DNA of 64,000 nucleotides from contig NZ_CANMFF010000004.1 of the NCBI RefSeq assembly GCF_947497005.1, positions 252,818 to 316,817 on the forward strand, in the 5' to 3' direction. The notes beneath the pieces were generated by a model that saw only the letters and a list, made by a program, of their open reading frames with translations, was not told where the DNA came from and made no database searches. The position numbers were made by a program, and so were the translations under genes. The DNA comes from an uncultured Ruegeria sp. (GTDB lineage Bacteria; Pseudomonadota; Alphaproteobacteria; Rhodobacterales; Rhodobacteraceae). Below, one piece after another: positions 39,869 through 50,795 of this stretch (positions are counted from its first letter, which is position 1; the number at the start of each line of letters is the position of its first letter).

Positions 39869-42800
39869 ATGGAGCCCACTTTATTTTCCTTCATTTGGAA
39901 ACATTCGAAGAAACAGCAACTTGTTCTGTTGGTGCTGACGGTCCTATCCTTCCCGTTTCTCTATGCCTCGTTGGAATTACCCAAACAAATCATCAACGAC
40001 GCCATTGGCGCACCGGGCGACACGGTAGTGATCTGGGGGATCACCGTGACGCAGGTACAGTATCTGCTGGTATTGTGCTTTGCATTTCTGGCTACAGTGA
40101 TCGCCAGCGGCCTGATGAAGATGCGCATCAACACTATGAAAGGTGTTCTTGCCGAACGTATGCTGCGGCGCCTGCGCTTTACGTTGATTGAGCGTTCGAT
40201 GCGCTTTCCGAAATCCTATTTCGCCACCACCAGCCAGGGTGAGCTGGTTTCGATGATCACGTCCGAAGCCGAACCGATGGGTGGCTTGATGGGCGACGCC
40301 ATCGCGCAGCCGGTTTTCCAGTTCGGCCAGATGATGACCATCGTGACCTTTCTGTTCATGCAGAGCGTTTGGTTTGGCCTGGCAAGTATCGCGCTGATCC
40401 CGCTTCAGGCCTGGCTAATTCCCAAACTTCAGCGGCAGATCAATCTTCTTAACAAGGATCGCATTCAGGAAGTTCGGCATCTGAGCTCGGAAATCGGTGA
40501 AAGCGCCGCGGGAATCAGCGATTTACGTACCAATGGTGGCTGGCGCTATCGACTGGCGCAATTCAGCCATCGACTGGGGACCTTGTTCGAGATCCGTTTC
40601 AAGATCTACAACAAGAAATTCTTCATGAAATTTCTCAACAATCTGATCACTCAGATGACGCCCTTTCTGTTTTATTCCGTGGGTGGGTATCTGGCGATTA
40701 CAGGTGAGGTGACCGTGGGTGCCTTGGTCGCCGCATTGGGCGCCTACAAGGATCTGAGCGGTCCGTGGAAGGATCTGCTGACCTACTACAATCAGGTGCA
40801 GGACATGTCTTTGCGGTGGGAGATTGTCACGGAAAGGTTTGCACCGGACAACATGATACCGGAAGAGCTGTTTGAGGGTGAACCCGAATCCATCCCGCGT
40901 CTGAATGGCAATATCGAGCTGCGCAATGTGACGGTCCGCGACAATGATGGTAAAACCATTCTGGAAGACCTCGATCTGACTATTCCTCGCGGTGCGCGAG
41001 TCGCAATTCAATCCACACATGCGTCGGAACGCAGTGCGTTGGGCCAGCTTCTGACTCGCGAGGTGTTGCCGGTGCAGGGTGACGTAATCATGGCTGGGCA
41101 TAACCTGCACGGCCTGCATCAATCCGTTATCGCAGCTCGGATCGGCTATGCTTATTCACGCCCTTACCTGTTTGACGGAACGCTGGGCGACAATCTCATG
41201 ATGCCTCTGCGCACGCATCCGCGACGTGAAGCAGACACGCTTAAGGCGCCAACAAAAAGGCAAATCGAAGCTGTCCGTGCAGGTAATCCACCCGATCCTC
41301 TGGACGAAGAATGGATCGACCCCGGCCTCGCCGGTCTGGATGATGTTGAAGACATACGCGACTGGTGGTTCCAACTGGTGGAAGCGATGGGCATTGATGA
41401 ATTCATGTTCCGTCGTACTTTGCGAACGCAGTTTGACCCCGAGATCCACCCTGTACTGGCGCAGGAAGTTGTCAATCTGCGAGAGACCATCGCCAAACGT
41501 CTGATGGAAAAGGGGCTCGACCGCTATGTTTATCGGTTTGACCCTGATCACTTTAACCCGGCAGTCCCGTTGGGTGGCAATCTGTTGTTTGCCGCCCCGT
41601 CGCGGGACATTTCCCCTGACATTCTGGCCGGTGACGAACGGTTCGTTCAGATGCTCAGCACCCATGATCTGGCGGATGACGTGATCAGTATTTCTAATGC
41701 TGTTATGGACACGCTGGAAAAAACATTTGGACGGGACGGTGCGGATCACCCACTTTTCCTGAGGCTTGGCATGTCAAAGGACATGTATCACCAACTTCTG
41801 GATATCGAGGATCGTCGCAAAGCCAAAGGTGACATCGCTCTGAGTGATCAGGAGCGTGCCATGTTGCTGACGGTGCCATTCCTGCTGACAGCTGAGCAGA
41901 TCGGTCCTGATTTCCCAGAGGAATACAAAGACAAAATCCTGGCCATCCGCAAAAGTCAGGCCAACAGGTTGAGGGATGCGATGGGTGGTATGTTCATGTC
42001 AGTGGCTCCGGATATCTATGTGCCTCGACTGACGGTGATGGAAAATGCGATCTATGGCCGGGTGTCATTGATGGCAGGCGCATATGCGGACGACATCGAA
42101 AACGTCGTGGCCGAAGCCATGAACGAAGCCGGTCTGCGCCGTCGGGCGGCGGCCATCATCTATGATCTGCCGTCAGGTTTGGGCGGGAACAACCTGCCCA
42201 CCGTCTTTCAGGAGCGCGCAGCGTTTTCACGCGCGGGAATCAAGCGTCCTGATGTCCTGATTTTGGACAAGGCTCTGGCCAGCCATGATTCTGAAAGTCG
42301 GCTGCGTACCCGCTTGAAACTGCGGGAATTACTGCCCGATTCCATCATGATCTTCATGGAGGATCACTTTGCCCATCCCGAAGCCTATGACCTGTTTGTG
42401 GAAATCAAGGACGGTCGCATTGATGGCGTATCTCGCAGCAAACCCGAGCAAGAGGACAGCGTGCCGGATGATCTGAGTCGCAAGCTTGAGATTTTGTCTG
42501 CCACCGCGTTGTTTTCCGGTTTGGACGGTCGAAACCAGCGACTACTTGCCTTTTCGGCACAATGGTACGAAGCAGCAACGGGGCAAGTCATCTTCTCGCG
42601 TGGTCAAGCGCCTGATGCTGCTTATTTGTGCATCTCGGGTCAGGCCAGGCTGGACTGGTCCAACGAAGACGGAACAAAACGCCCAATCTCAATCATTGAA
42701 CCGGGGCGGCTGATCGGAGATTTGTCCATTATCACTGGAGAACCAAGACAATTGGATCTGGTCGCTATCGAAGATTGCAGTTTTCTGCGCATCGGCGCAG

Positions 42801-42976
42801 AAGAGTTGCGGGCCGTCGTTGAAAGCGATGCTACTGTTGCGATCCAACTACTGCAGACCGTTGCAGGGTATCTGACGACGCTTTCCAACAGAATTAACAT
42901 AGCACAGAACCCTGAGGAAATGTTGCCCTCCGTGACTGACGAAGTGAAACCGGAAAGCCAGGGAAATGATGCCTAG
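39869..42976 (+). CDS. ABC exporter TMD fused to a degenerate NBD and a C-terminal cNMP-binding domain
   Basis: N-terminal six-TM ABC membrane domain; NBD with degenerate motifs; C-terminal IFSRGQAPDAAYLCISG...PGRLIGDLSII cNMP fold. Confidence 0.85.
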   Translation: MEPTLFSFIWKHSKKQQLVLLVLTVLSFPFLYASLELPKQIINDAIGAPGDTVVIWGITVTQVQYLLVLCFAFLATVIASGLMKMRINTMKGVLAERMLRRLRFTLIERSMRFPKSYFATTSQGELVSMITSEAEPMGGLMGDAIAQPVFQFGQMMTIVTFLFMQSVWFGLASIALIPLQAWLIPKLQRQINLLNKDRIQEVRHLSSEIGESAAGISDLRTNGGWRYRLAQFSHRLGTLFEIRFKIYNKKFFMKFLNNLITQMTPFLFYSVGGYLAITGEVTVGALVAALGAYKDLSGPWKDLLTYYNQVQDMSLRWEIVTERFAPDNMIPEELFEGEPESIPRLNGNIELRNVTVRDNDGKTILEDLDLTIPRGARVAIQSTHASERSALGQLLTREVLPVQGDVIMAGHNLHGLHQSVIAARIGYAYSRPYLFDGTLGDNLMMPLRTHPRREADTLKAPTKRQIEAVRAGNPPDPLDEEWIDPGLAGLDDVEDIRDWWFQLVEAMGIDEFMFRRTLRTQFDPEIHPVLAQEVVNLRETIAKRLMEKGLDRYVYRFDPDHFNPAVPLGGNLLFAAPSRDISPDILAGDERFVQMLSTHDLADDVISISNAVMDTLEKTFGRDGADHPLFLRLGMSKDMYHQLLDIEDRRKAKGDIALSDQERAMLLTVPFLLTAEQIGPDFPEEYKDKILAIRKSQANRLRDAMGGMFMSVAPDIYVPRLTVMENAIYGRVSLMAGAYADDIENVVAEAMNEAGLRRRAAAIIYDLPSGLGGNNLPTVFQERAAFSRAGIKRPDVLILDKALASHDSESRLRTRLKLRELLPDSIMIFMEDHFAHPEAYDLFVEIKDGRIDGVSRSKPEQEDSVPDDLSRKLEILSATALFSGLDGRNQRLLAFSAQWYEAATGQVIFSRGQAPDAAYLCISGQARLDWSNEDGTKRPISIIEPGRLIGDLSIITGEPRQLDLVAIEDCSFLRIGAEELRAVVESDATVAIQLLQTVAGYLTTLSNRINIAQNPEEMLPSVTDEVKPESQGNDA

Positions 42977-43853
42977 CGCCTATTCCGCTCATATGCATCT
43001 GATAAAAAGCGCACGTGCTAGACCCGAAATCTGGCGTTTGTTGCTTGGGTTGTTGTTGATTGCGGTGTTGGTCAGCATTCTGAACATGGCGTTTTTCACC
43101 TTGATCGCCGGTATGGGCCCCGAAAGTTGGGCTCAGAACCTTGTGCTGGGCAACTCACCCTTGGCGCTGTTGTTGTTATTGGCCAGCTTCGGGTTTATTT
43201 TTCTGAGCGTGGCTGTCGCCGCACGGCACGTTCAGCACCGATCTTTGCGATCCATCATCGGCGAGCGCAGCTTGGCATTGGCCCAGTTCTTGAAGGTGTT
43301 GAAAGCACTGCTGATTCTGGGTGTCGTCGGCGTCGTGCTACCCCCCTATAGCGTAGGGGGTGCTCTGATTCAGAATCTGCCATTGTCAACTTGGCTTCTT
43401 CTGTTGCCTGTCTCGGCCTTGGTTGTCCTGGTGCAGACCAGCGCCGAAGAAGTGTTGTTTCGAGGGTATATCCAGCAAACTCTTGCGGCCAGGTTCAAAT
43501 CCCCCATCATCTGGATGGGTGTGCCGTCCATCCTGTTTGCCGTCGGCCACTACACTCCAGACATGGCAGGGGAAAATGCGCTTCTGATTGCACTGTGGGC
43601 TTGCGTTTTTGGTCTGCTGACGTCGGATCTGACCGCGAGGGCCGGAACACTTGGGCCCGCTATTGCCCTGCATTTCTTCAATAACGTCATCGCGTTACTA
43701 TTTTTCTCTTTGCCGGACAACCTGAATGGGTTGGCGCTGTACGTTTTGCCGTTCGATGCGTCGGATGCCGAACAGCTTCGCCCTTGGTTGATGGTGGATT
43801 TGGCGGTGATGCTTGTTTGCTGGCTGGCAGCACGGCTTGCGCTCAGGCGCTGA
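42966..43853 (+). CDS. CPBP (CAAX/Abi) intramembrane glutamic protease
   Basis: AEEVLFRGY, FAVGH, AIALHFFNN. Confidence 0.9.
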   Translation: MMPSAYSAHMHLIKSARARPEIWRLLLGLLLIAVLVSILNMAFFTLIAGMGPESWAQNLVLGNSPLALLLLLASFGFIFLSVAVAARHVQHRSLRSIIGERSLALAQFLKVLKALLILGVVGVVLPPYSVGGALIQNLPLSTWLLLLPVSALVVLVQTSAEEVLFRGYIQQTLAARFKSPIIWMGVPSILFAVGHYTPDMAGENALLIALWACVFGLLTSDLTARAGTLGPAIALHFFNNVIALLFFSLPDNLNGLALYVLPFDASDAEQLRPWLMVDLAVMLVCWLAARLALRR

Positions 43854-43913
43854 TTGCATTTCCTTCCATAGCGTCTTATTTGACGTCAACACCGCACAAG
43901 CCAAGGTTCCGAC

Positions 43914-44843
43914 ATGAACTGGATCACAAACTACGTCCGCCCCCGGATCAACTCGATCTTCTCACGCCGCGAAGTGCCGGAAAATCTCTGGCACAAATGT
44001 GATGAGTGCGGAACGATGTTGTTCCACCGGGAACTGGCGGAAAACCAGAATGTCTGCACCCAGTGCGACCACCACATGGCGATCACACCGCGCGACAGAT
44101 TCAATCATCTTTTTGACGGTGGCATATTCACCGAGGTCGAAGTTCCGGCCCCCAAGGACGATCCGCTGCATTTCCGCGATCAGAAGAAGTACCCTGATCG
44201 CATGAAAGCGGCGCAGAAGAAGACCGGCGAAAAAGAAGCGATGCTGGTCGCCTTGGGTGAAATCGGGCGCACACCGATTGTAGCCGCCGCGCAGGACTTT
44301 TCGTTCATGGGCGGATCAATGGGCATGTATGTGGGCAATGCGATCATTGCCGCCGCTCAGGAAGCGGTCAGGCTCAACCGCCCGCTAATTCTGTTTTCGG
44401 CGGCCGGTGGCGCGCGAATGCAGGAAGGTATCCTCAGCCTGATGCAAATGCCACGAACCACGGTGGCTGTTGAAATGCTGAAAGAGGCGAACCTGCCTTA
44501 TATCGTCGTGTTGACCCACCCTACTACCGGGGGAGTGACCGCGTCTTATGCAATGTTGGGAGATGTCCATATCTCGGAACCCAACGCGCTGATCTGTTTT
44601 GCCGGTCCCCGCGTGATCGAGCAGACAATTCGTGAAAAACTGCCCGAAGGTTTCCAACGGGCTGAGTATTTGCTGGATCACGGGATGCTGGATCGTGTCA
44701 CCAAACGCACCGAAATGCGCAACGAACTGATCACCATTACGCGGATGCTCATGAACCAACCACCTGCTATCAAAGGTGAACTGCCAGCGCCGGAGCCCAA
44801 AGAAGCAGCGGATGCCGCTGCTGAAGAGACAGATCAGAAATGA
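43914..44843 (+). CDS. accD: Acetyl-CoA carboxylase carboxyltransferase beta subunit
   Basis: Zn finger CDECG...[26 protein letters not shown]. Confidence 0.97.
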   Translation: MNWITNYVRPRINSIFSRREVPENLWHKCDECGTMLFHRELAENQNVCTQCDHHMAITPRDRFNHLFDGGIFTEVEVPAPKDDPLHFRDQKKYPDRMKAAQKKTGEKEAMLVALGEIGRTPIVAAAQDFSFMGGSMGMYVGNAIIAAAQEAVRLNRPLILFSAAGGARMQEGILSLMQMPRTTVAVEMLKEANLPYIVVLTHPTTGGVTASYAMLGDVHISEPNALICFAGPRVIEQTIREKLPEGFQRAEYLLDHGMLDRVTKRTEMRNELITITRMLMNQPPAIKGELPAPEPKEAADAAAEETDQK

Positions 44844-46114
44844 CGGCCCGGACATCTGACGCCATCCTGGACCGGATGATGGCGCTGCATCCCAAGATCA
44901 TTGATCTGACCTTGGATCGTGTCTGGCGTTTGCTGGCGGCGTTGGAAGCCCCTCAGCTCAACCTGCCTCCTGTCATTCATATTGCGGGAACCAACGGCAA
45001 GGGCTCAACCCAGGCCATGATAAGGGCAGGGCTTGAAGGGGCAGGGCGCTCGGTACACGCCTATACCTCGCCTCATTTGGCACGCTTTCACGAACGAATC
45101 CGTCTTGCCGGAGAATTGATTTCGGAACCGGATCTGATGGCGGTTCTGGATGAGTGTTACGCCGCCAACGGTGGCGAGAATATCACGTATTTCGAAATCA
45201 CCACATGCGCTGCGCTGCTGGCCTTCGCCCGTGCGAAAGCAGACTACACGTTGCTCGAGGTCGGTCTGGGCGGCCGTCTGGACGCAACCAATGTGATCGA
45301 AATGCCTGCGGTGACTGTGATTACGCCCGTTTCAATCGATCACGAACAATTCCTGGGCGATACACTGGGCAAGATCGCCGCGGAAAAAGCCGGTATCATC
45401 AAACCTGGTGTTCCTTGCATTGTTGGTCCGCAGCAGGACGAAGCGCTTGAAGTCATCGAATACACAGCCGCCCGATTGGGTGCGCCGTTGCTGGTTCATG
45501 GTCAGCACTGGCACGTTCATGAAGAAAACGGGCGTCTGATCTACCAGGACGAAACTGGCCTGCGTGATCTGCCTCTGCCAAACCTTCTGGGCGCACATCA
45601 GTTTCAGAACGCGGGGGCTGCGTTGGCAGTCCTGCGCCATCTGGACATGGGCGATGAAGCTTATGAAGCCGCCGTGTCCAAAGCCAGATGGCCTGCCCGC
45701 ATGCAATGTCTGAAATCTGGTCCGCTCATCGATCAAGCTCCGCAGGCTGAGCTGTGGCTGGACGGTGGTCATAACGCTGCTGCAGGTATCGCGCTGGCGG
45801 ATGTGCTGACGAAACTGCCACAAAAGCCCACGCACATGATCTGCGGCATGCTCAACACCAAAGATGTGACAGGGTACCTCGCACCACTGGCAGAGAAGGC
45901 CGCAAGCCTTACCGCCGTCTCGATTCCGGGTGAATCAGCGACGCTCAGCGCAGAAGAAACCGCTGCTGCTGCCGCCAAGGTCAACCTTCCGGCATCCACC
46001 GCAGACAGCGTCTCGGATGCATTGAAAGGGATCATGGAAAAAGACCCGCAAGCGCGCGTTCTGATTTGTGGTTCGCTCTATCTGGCTGGGAATATCCTTC
46101 GGGAAAACGCATAG
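44840..46114 (+). CDS. folC: Folylpolyglutamate synthase/dihydrofolate synthase
   Basis: [42 protein letters not shown]. Confidence 0.96.
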   Translation: MTARTSDAILDRMMALHPKIIDLTLDRVWRLLAALEAPQLNLPPVIHIAGTNGKGSTQAMIRAGLEGAGRSVHAYTSPHLARFHERIRLAGELISEPDLMAVLDECYAANGGENITYFEITTCAALLAFARAKADYTLLEVGLGGRLDATNVIEMPAVTVITPVSIDHEQFLGDTLGKIAAEKAGIIKPGVPCIVGPQQDEALEVIEYTAARLGAPLLVHGQHWHVHEENGRLIYQDETGLRDLPLPNLLGAHQFQNAGAALAVLRHLDMGDEAYEAAVSKARWPARMQCLKSGPLIDQAPQAELWLDGGHNAAAGIALADVLTKLPQKPTHMICGMLNTKDVTGYLAPLAEKAASLTAVSIPGESATLSAEETAAAAAKVNLPASTADSVSDALKGIMEKDPQARVLICGSLYLAGNILRENA

Positions 46115-46128
46115 ACGCGTCCCAACCC

Positions 46129-46190
46129 CTTCACCTGGCTGAAAATACCTCGGGGGAGGCGCGCGCAGCGCGACGGGGGCAGCGCCCCCT
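46129..46190. repeat. Short palindromic intergenic element (REP-like)
   Basis: cttcacctggctgaaaatacctcggggga...GGGGGC-agc-GCCCCC (hairpin at 46175-46189). Resembles a dispersed Rhodobacteraceae repeat recalled from memory; single copy in this window. Confidence 0.6.
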
Positions 46191-47247
46191 AATTCCCCCA
46201 ATCCTGATCCTGCATCTCCCGCAGGCGCGAGGCGGTGCGCTCAAACTCGAACGTTCCTTCACCTTCTACATACAGCATCTCAGGCTCGGCTGCCGCGGAA
46301 CAGATCAAACGCACCTTTGCTTCGTAGAGTGCATCGATCAAGGTGACAAACCGCTTGGCCTCATTGAAGTTGTTCCGGGACAAGCGTGGAATGTCCTCAA
46401 GCACCAGCACCTTCACTTCTTCCGCAATCGCAAGATAATCTCCCGGTCCCAACATGCGACCGCACAGGTCATAGAAGGAGGCCCTTGCCACCCCGTTGCG
46501 AAAGGCGGGCAATTCAACGGCGCGCCCTTTGACCTGCAAGACCAGCGGGCTCGCGGGGCCACCTGCAAGATCTACCCAGACCTCCCGGATTTTCTGCCGG
46601 GCTTCCGGGCCAATCGGTGTGAAGTAGACCGGTGCGCCTTCCAGCCGGTTTTGCCGATAGTCGGTCGGTGATACCAGTTCCCACACCTGCAACTGCTCTT
46701 TGATATGCGCGATGAATGGCAAAAACAGCTGCCGGTTCAACCCGTCCTTATACAGATCATCAGGATGTCTGTTTGACGTTGTCACTACGACCACGCCGCC
46801 CTCATGCAGCAGGTCAAACAAGCGCCCTACAATCATCGCATCGGTAATGTCGGAAATCTGCATTTCGTCAAAGGCGAGCAGGCGAACCGAATTGACTACG
46901 TCTTTCGCCACCGGCGCCAGGGCATCCTCAACATTCTCCTGTCGAGCCTTGTGCATTCCAGCGTGAATTTCCTGCATAAACGCATGGAAATGTACGCGCC
47001 TTACCGGGATATCACCCAGCGTATCGACAAACATATCCATCAGCATCGATTTTCCACGTCCAACACCGCCCCATAGATACAATCCCTTGGGTGGTGGGGG
47101 AGCCTTGCGGAAGAACCCGCGCTTGACCGGTTCAGACAACGCGGTACGGATACGTTCAAAATGGGGTAGAACGGCCTCTTGTGCGTCGTCGCGGGTCAGA
47201 GTTCCATCCGCGATGCAGGCCTCGTAGAGAGAAATAAGATCCGTCAT
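46189..47247 (-). CDS. zapE: AFG1/ZapE family ATPase
   Basis: GGVGRGKS, FDEMQISDITDAM, TSNRHP, RFVTLIDALYE, RTASRLREM. Confidence 0.93.
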   Translation of the reverse strand: MTDLISLYEACIADGTLTRDDAQEAVLPHFERIRTALSEPVKRGFFRKAPPPPKGLYLWGGVGRGKSMLMDMFVDTLGDIPVRRVHFHAFMQEIHAGMHKARQENVEDALAPVAKDVVNSVRLLAFDEMQISDITDAMIVGRLFDLLHEGGVVVVTTSNRHPDDLYKDGLNRQLFLPFIAHIKEQLQVWELVSPTDYRQNRLEGAPVYFTPIGPEARQKIREVWVDLAGGPASPLVLQVKGRAVELPAFRNGVARASFYDLCGRMLGPGDYLAIAEEVKVLVLEDIPRLSRNNFNEAKRFVTLIDALYEAKVRLICSAAAEPEMLYVEGEGTFEFERTASRLREMQDQDWGN

Positions 47248-47396
47248 GAATCTGAGCCTTACCTGTCACCTCGCCCGTTGAAAAGAAGCCATTTTTGACG
47301 ACACATCAAATTTGCTTATCCGTTACCACAAATCTGCTGGATTGACGCTTGCCAAAAAGGCGATACGGTCCTTCGGGCGAAATTTCCGAGGTTTCA

Positions 47397-48632
47397 ATGC
47401 CCCAACCCGCCCGCCTGTTGAATCCGATCCTGATCGTCGGTTGCGTCATCATCACGGTCAGCTTCGCGGTGCGCGCCTCGTTTGGCGTATTCCAGATTCC
47501 GATCGCGGATGAGTTCGGCTGGTTGCGCACAGATTTCTCACTGGCAATAGCAATCCAAAACCTCGCCTGGGGCATCGGTCAACCGATCTTTGCCGCCATC
47601 GCCGAAAAGGTGGGTGACCGCCGGGCAATCGTCCTCGGCGCTCTGACCTATGCTGCTGGCATGGTGCTGTCTGCGTGGTCCGTCACGCCGTTCGAGCATC
47701 AGATGTATGCATGGCTGGTGGGTTTCGGCATCGCGGGAACAGGGTTCGGTGTCGTTTTGGCAGTGGTCGGACGCGCGTCATCCAACGAAAACCGGTCCAT
47801 GTCTCTGGCAATCGTTACGGCCGCGGGCAGTTTTGGCCAGGTTCTGGGCGCGCCAACAGCCGAGTGGTTGCTGTCTTTCCTGCCATGGCAGCAGGTCTTT
47901 ATCGTGTTTGCCGTGGCAATTCTTGCGCTTGTACTGACCTTGCCCTTCATGCGGGCTCCTCAGCCTGTCTCCAAGGCCGAGCTGGAAGAAAGTATGAGCG
48001 AGATTCTGGGTAAGGCGTTCCGCGACCCGTCCTACGCACTGATTTTTCTGGGTTTCTTCAGCTGCGGATATCAACTGGGCTTTATCACTGCGCATTTCCC
48101 TGCTTTTGTGACCGAGATGTGCGGCCCGATCCAACCTGGCGGTGTCCTGCATTCCATCGGAATCACCTCCACGTCGGCGCTTGGTGCTGTATCGATTTCC
48201 CTGATCGGTCTGGCCAACATCGGCGGCACGCTGTTGGCGGGCTGGGCGGGCAACCACTTCCCCAAGAAATACCTGCTGGCCGCAGTCTATACCGGTCGGA
48301 CGCTTGCTGCGGCATTGTTCATCATTTTCCCGATCACACCACTTTCGGTCATCGTGTTCTCGCTGGTGATGGGGTCGCTTTGGCTGGCCACTGTACCGCT
48401 GACCTCTGGCCTCGTCGCGCACCTGTACGGTCTGCGCTACATGGGAACGCTTTATGGCATCATCTTCTTCAGCCATCAGATCGGCAGTTTCCTTGGCGTC
48501 TGGCTGGGCGGGCGCATGTATGACCAATATGGCGACTACAGCATGGTGTGGTGGATCGGGGTCGCAATCGGAGCCTTCAGCGCCATCGTTCACCTTCCGA
48601 TCCGTGAGAATCGCTCAACAGTTCCCGCCTGA
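47397..48632 (+). CDS. MFS transporter
   Basis: About 12 TM; LAIAIQNLAWG, GFFSCGYQLGF, FFSHQIGSFLG. Start placed at ATG 47397. Confidence 0.88.
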   Translation: MPQPARLLNPILIVGCVIITVSFAVRASFGVFQIPIADEFGWLRTDFSLAIAIQNLAWGIGQPIFAAIAEKVGDRRAIVLGALTYAAGMVLSAWSVTPFEHQMYAWLVGFGIAGTGFGVVLAVVGRASSNENRSMSLAIVTAAGSFGQVLGAPTAEWLLSFLPWQQVFIVFAVAILALVLTLPFMRAPQPVSKAELEESMSEILGKAFRDPSYALIFLGFFSCGYQLGFITAHFPAFVTEMCGPIQPGGVLHSIGITSTSALGAVSISLIGLANIGGTLLAGWAGNHFPKKYLLAAVYTGRTLAAALFIIFPITPLSVIVFSLVMGSLWLATVPLTSGLVAHLYGLRYMGTLYGIIFFSHQIGSFLGVWLGGRMYDQYGDYSMVWWIGVAIGAFSAIVHLPIRENRSTVPA

Positions 48633-48680
48633 GGCGCGCCTTGACGCACTAGGCAGGAAATCAATTCGATAGGACAGGGC

Positions 48681-50720
48681 TTATCGCAGTTCGGCTTCGG
48701 TATTGCCGCCATCCACAGTCACGACATGCCCGGTGGTGCGTTCCATCAGCGCCAAAGCCACAAATGCACCTGCCACATGCGTGGCTTCGACTTCACGGCC
48801 CAACAGGTTGCCTGACATATATGTTTCCTCAGACACCCCGCGTGCAGCGGAGCGTTCTTGGATGAACCCATCTGTCAACAGACCAGACCGAATGCGGTCT
48901 GCATTCACTCCATTCACACGAATACCATGTTCGGCCAGTTCAAGCGTCAACTGGCGCAACAAAAATAGAGTAGCGGCTTTTGGCGTGCCATAAGCCCCCA
49001 TGTTGCGGCCTGGATTGATCGCCTGCTTGGAGATATTGAACAAAATCTGTCCGCCCCGGCCCTGTGCTTGCATCACCTGCGCAGCCCGCGTTGCAAAAGC
49101 CTTGTGCGCAAAGAAATTTAGCTCGAAAGCAGAGCGGAATTCCTCGTCGCCCAATTCCAGCAACGCGCCGGACGTCGCAGACCCGGCGTTGGATACCAGC
49201 ATATCAAGACCACCAAACCGGTGAATCGCGGCAGCGACCGCGGCATCTGCGGCGCCACTCTCGGTCACGTCGCAGGCAAATATCGAATGCCAAGGGCCAA
49301 GGGCCAGCTTTGCCTTTTCCAACGCCGTCTCATCCAGATCTACCAACGCAACGTTTGCCCCGGCATCCGCAAATGCCTTGGCGGTTGCCAGACCAATTGC
49401 ACCTGCTCCACCGGTAACCATCACTATCTTTCCCTGAAGCGGGGGCGGAGAGCTTTTGCCCAGCTTCGCCTGCTCAAGCGACCAGTATTCGCAATCGAAA
49501 CGGTCCTTTTCATTGGTCGGATAGAAGCCGCCCGCATCTTCGCCCACCGATCGAACCCGAAGGTTTTGTTCGGCGAGGTCCGCTGCTATCGAGGCAGTTT
49601 TTGCATTCGTACCAATGCCAAGGATCCCGACACCTTCGATCCAGGCGTGCTTGGGGTCTTGAGGCAGCAGTTTCTTGGGCTCATCAGCCTGCGGTGCCTG
49701 CCGTTCAAAATATGCTCGATAGTCGTCGGCAAATTCCTCGACTTTTGCCTTGATCTGAGACCGCCCCCCGGCCAAATCCGAAGTGCGCAAAACAAGTGGG
49801 CAGCCTTTTGTTCGCAAAACGTGGTCAGGCGACGCCATGCCTCGTTGCGCCAGGGTGTCAATGTCGGTCCGGTCAAAAAACCTCATGACGTCCGGCCCGT
49901 TTCGAAGATCGAAGACAGGCATCGGATCATCCTGCCGGGTCGCAACTTCGGCGATGACCCCGCGCAGAATTGGCAATATATTTAGACCTTGGGCACGATC
50001 ACGACGTCCAATCGTCGTTAGATCCTTCATACCAAAATAGGCAGCGACTTCGTTGGTATGCGCCACGATCCGGTCATAGCTTTCCTGCGCCGTCGAACCA
50101 AAGGTAAAGTGCCCATGCTGCAGCAGCAGAAGTCCTTCGACATTCGGGTTTTCGTCAAATACCTCTGCCGCTTTCTTGGCCAGCCCGAAGCCTGGCATGA
50201 TATAGGGCACGATGCCCAGCCGGTCGCCAAAAATCTCGCGGCAGATATCCTCGGCATTGGGCAGGTTGGCCAGCACCAGAAACGGGGTCGCATGTGTATG
50301 GTCGACATATTTATGCGGAAGAAACGCGTGTAGCAGTGTTTCCACAGAGGGGTTCGGCGAACCTGAGTCCAGCAGATTGGCACGCTGAACATTGACCATC
50401 TGGAAATCTGACAACTGCTCCAATGCACGCAGTTTCATCAAAGGATCGAGCCATACGCCCGGCAGGCCCGGTGCCTCAATGCTGTCCAGATCCCACCCGG
50501 ACCCTTTGACATGAAGAACGCGCTGCGGCTCGCCAAAGAGATCATTGCGTTCCAGCTTGACCGAGGTATTGCCCCCGCCATGCATCAGTAAGTCTGGATT
50601 CTGGCCGATGAGCCGGGAAGTATAGACACGCTCACCCAGTTCCTGATCTGCCGGATCAACACCAGCCTGATCCCGCCAATTCCGTGCCTCATCGGCCTTG
50701 TACCAGTTTTTAATCATCAT
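48681..50720 (-). CDS. Bifunctional class II aldolase / short-chain dehydrogenase (RhaD-like fusion)
   Basis: GGGNTSVK, PSVETLLHA...HTHA, QHGHF (Zn aldolase); VTGGAGAIG, SNAG, YGTPK (SDR). Confidence 0.9.
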   Translation of the reverse strand: MMIKNWYKADEARNWRDQAGVDPADQELGERVYTSRLIGQNPDLLMHGGGNTSVKLERNDLFGEPQRVLHVKGSGWDLDSIEAPGLPGVWLDPLMKLRALEQLSDFQMVNVQRANLLDSGSPNPSVETLLHAFLPHKYVDHTHATPFLVLANLPNAEDICREIFGDRLGIVPYIMPGFGLAKKAAEVFDENPNVEGLLLLQHGHFTFGSTAQESYDRIVAHTNEVAAYFGMKDLTTIGRRDRAQGLNILPILRGVIAEVATRQDDPMPVFDLRNGPDVMRFFDRTDIDTLAQRGMASPDHVLRTKGCPLVLRTSDLAGGRSQIKAKVEEFADDYRAYFERQAPQADEPKKLLPQDPKHAWIEGVGILGIGTNAKTASIAADLAEQNLRVRSVGEDAGGFYPTNEKDRFDCEYWSLEQAKLGKSSPPPLQGKIVMVTGGAGAIGLATAKAFADAGANVALVDLDETALEKAKLALGPWHSIFACDVTESGAADAAVAAAIHRFGGLDMLVSNAGSATSGALLELGDEEFRSAFELNFFAHKAFATRAAQVMQAQGRGGQILFNISKQAINPGRNMGAYGTPKAATLFLLRQLTLELAEHGIRVNGVNADRIRSGLLTDGFIQERSAARGVSEETYMSGNLLGREVEATHVAGAFVALALMERTTGHVVTVDGGNTEAELR

Positions 50721-50795
50721 TCATTCTCAGCAAGTTAAGCGAGCCTACGACCCATAAGATCGGTTGCACAATCGTTGACGGTGCTAAACAAAGTA

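Noticed and set aside
48681-50720. Calling the fusion rhaD (rhamnose catabolism)
   Set aside because: No rhamnose genes are nearby and the neighbour is mtnA, so no symbol was assigned.
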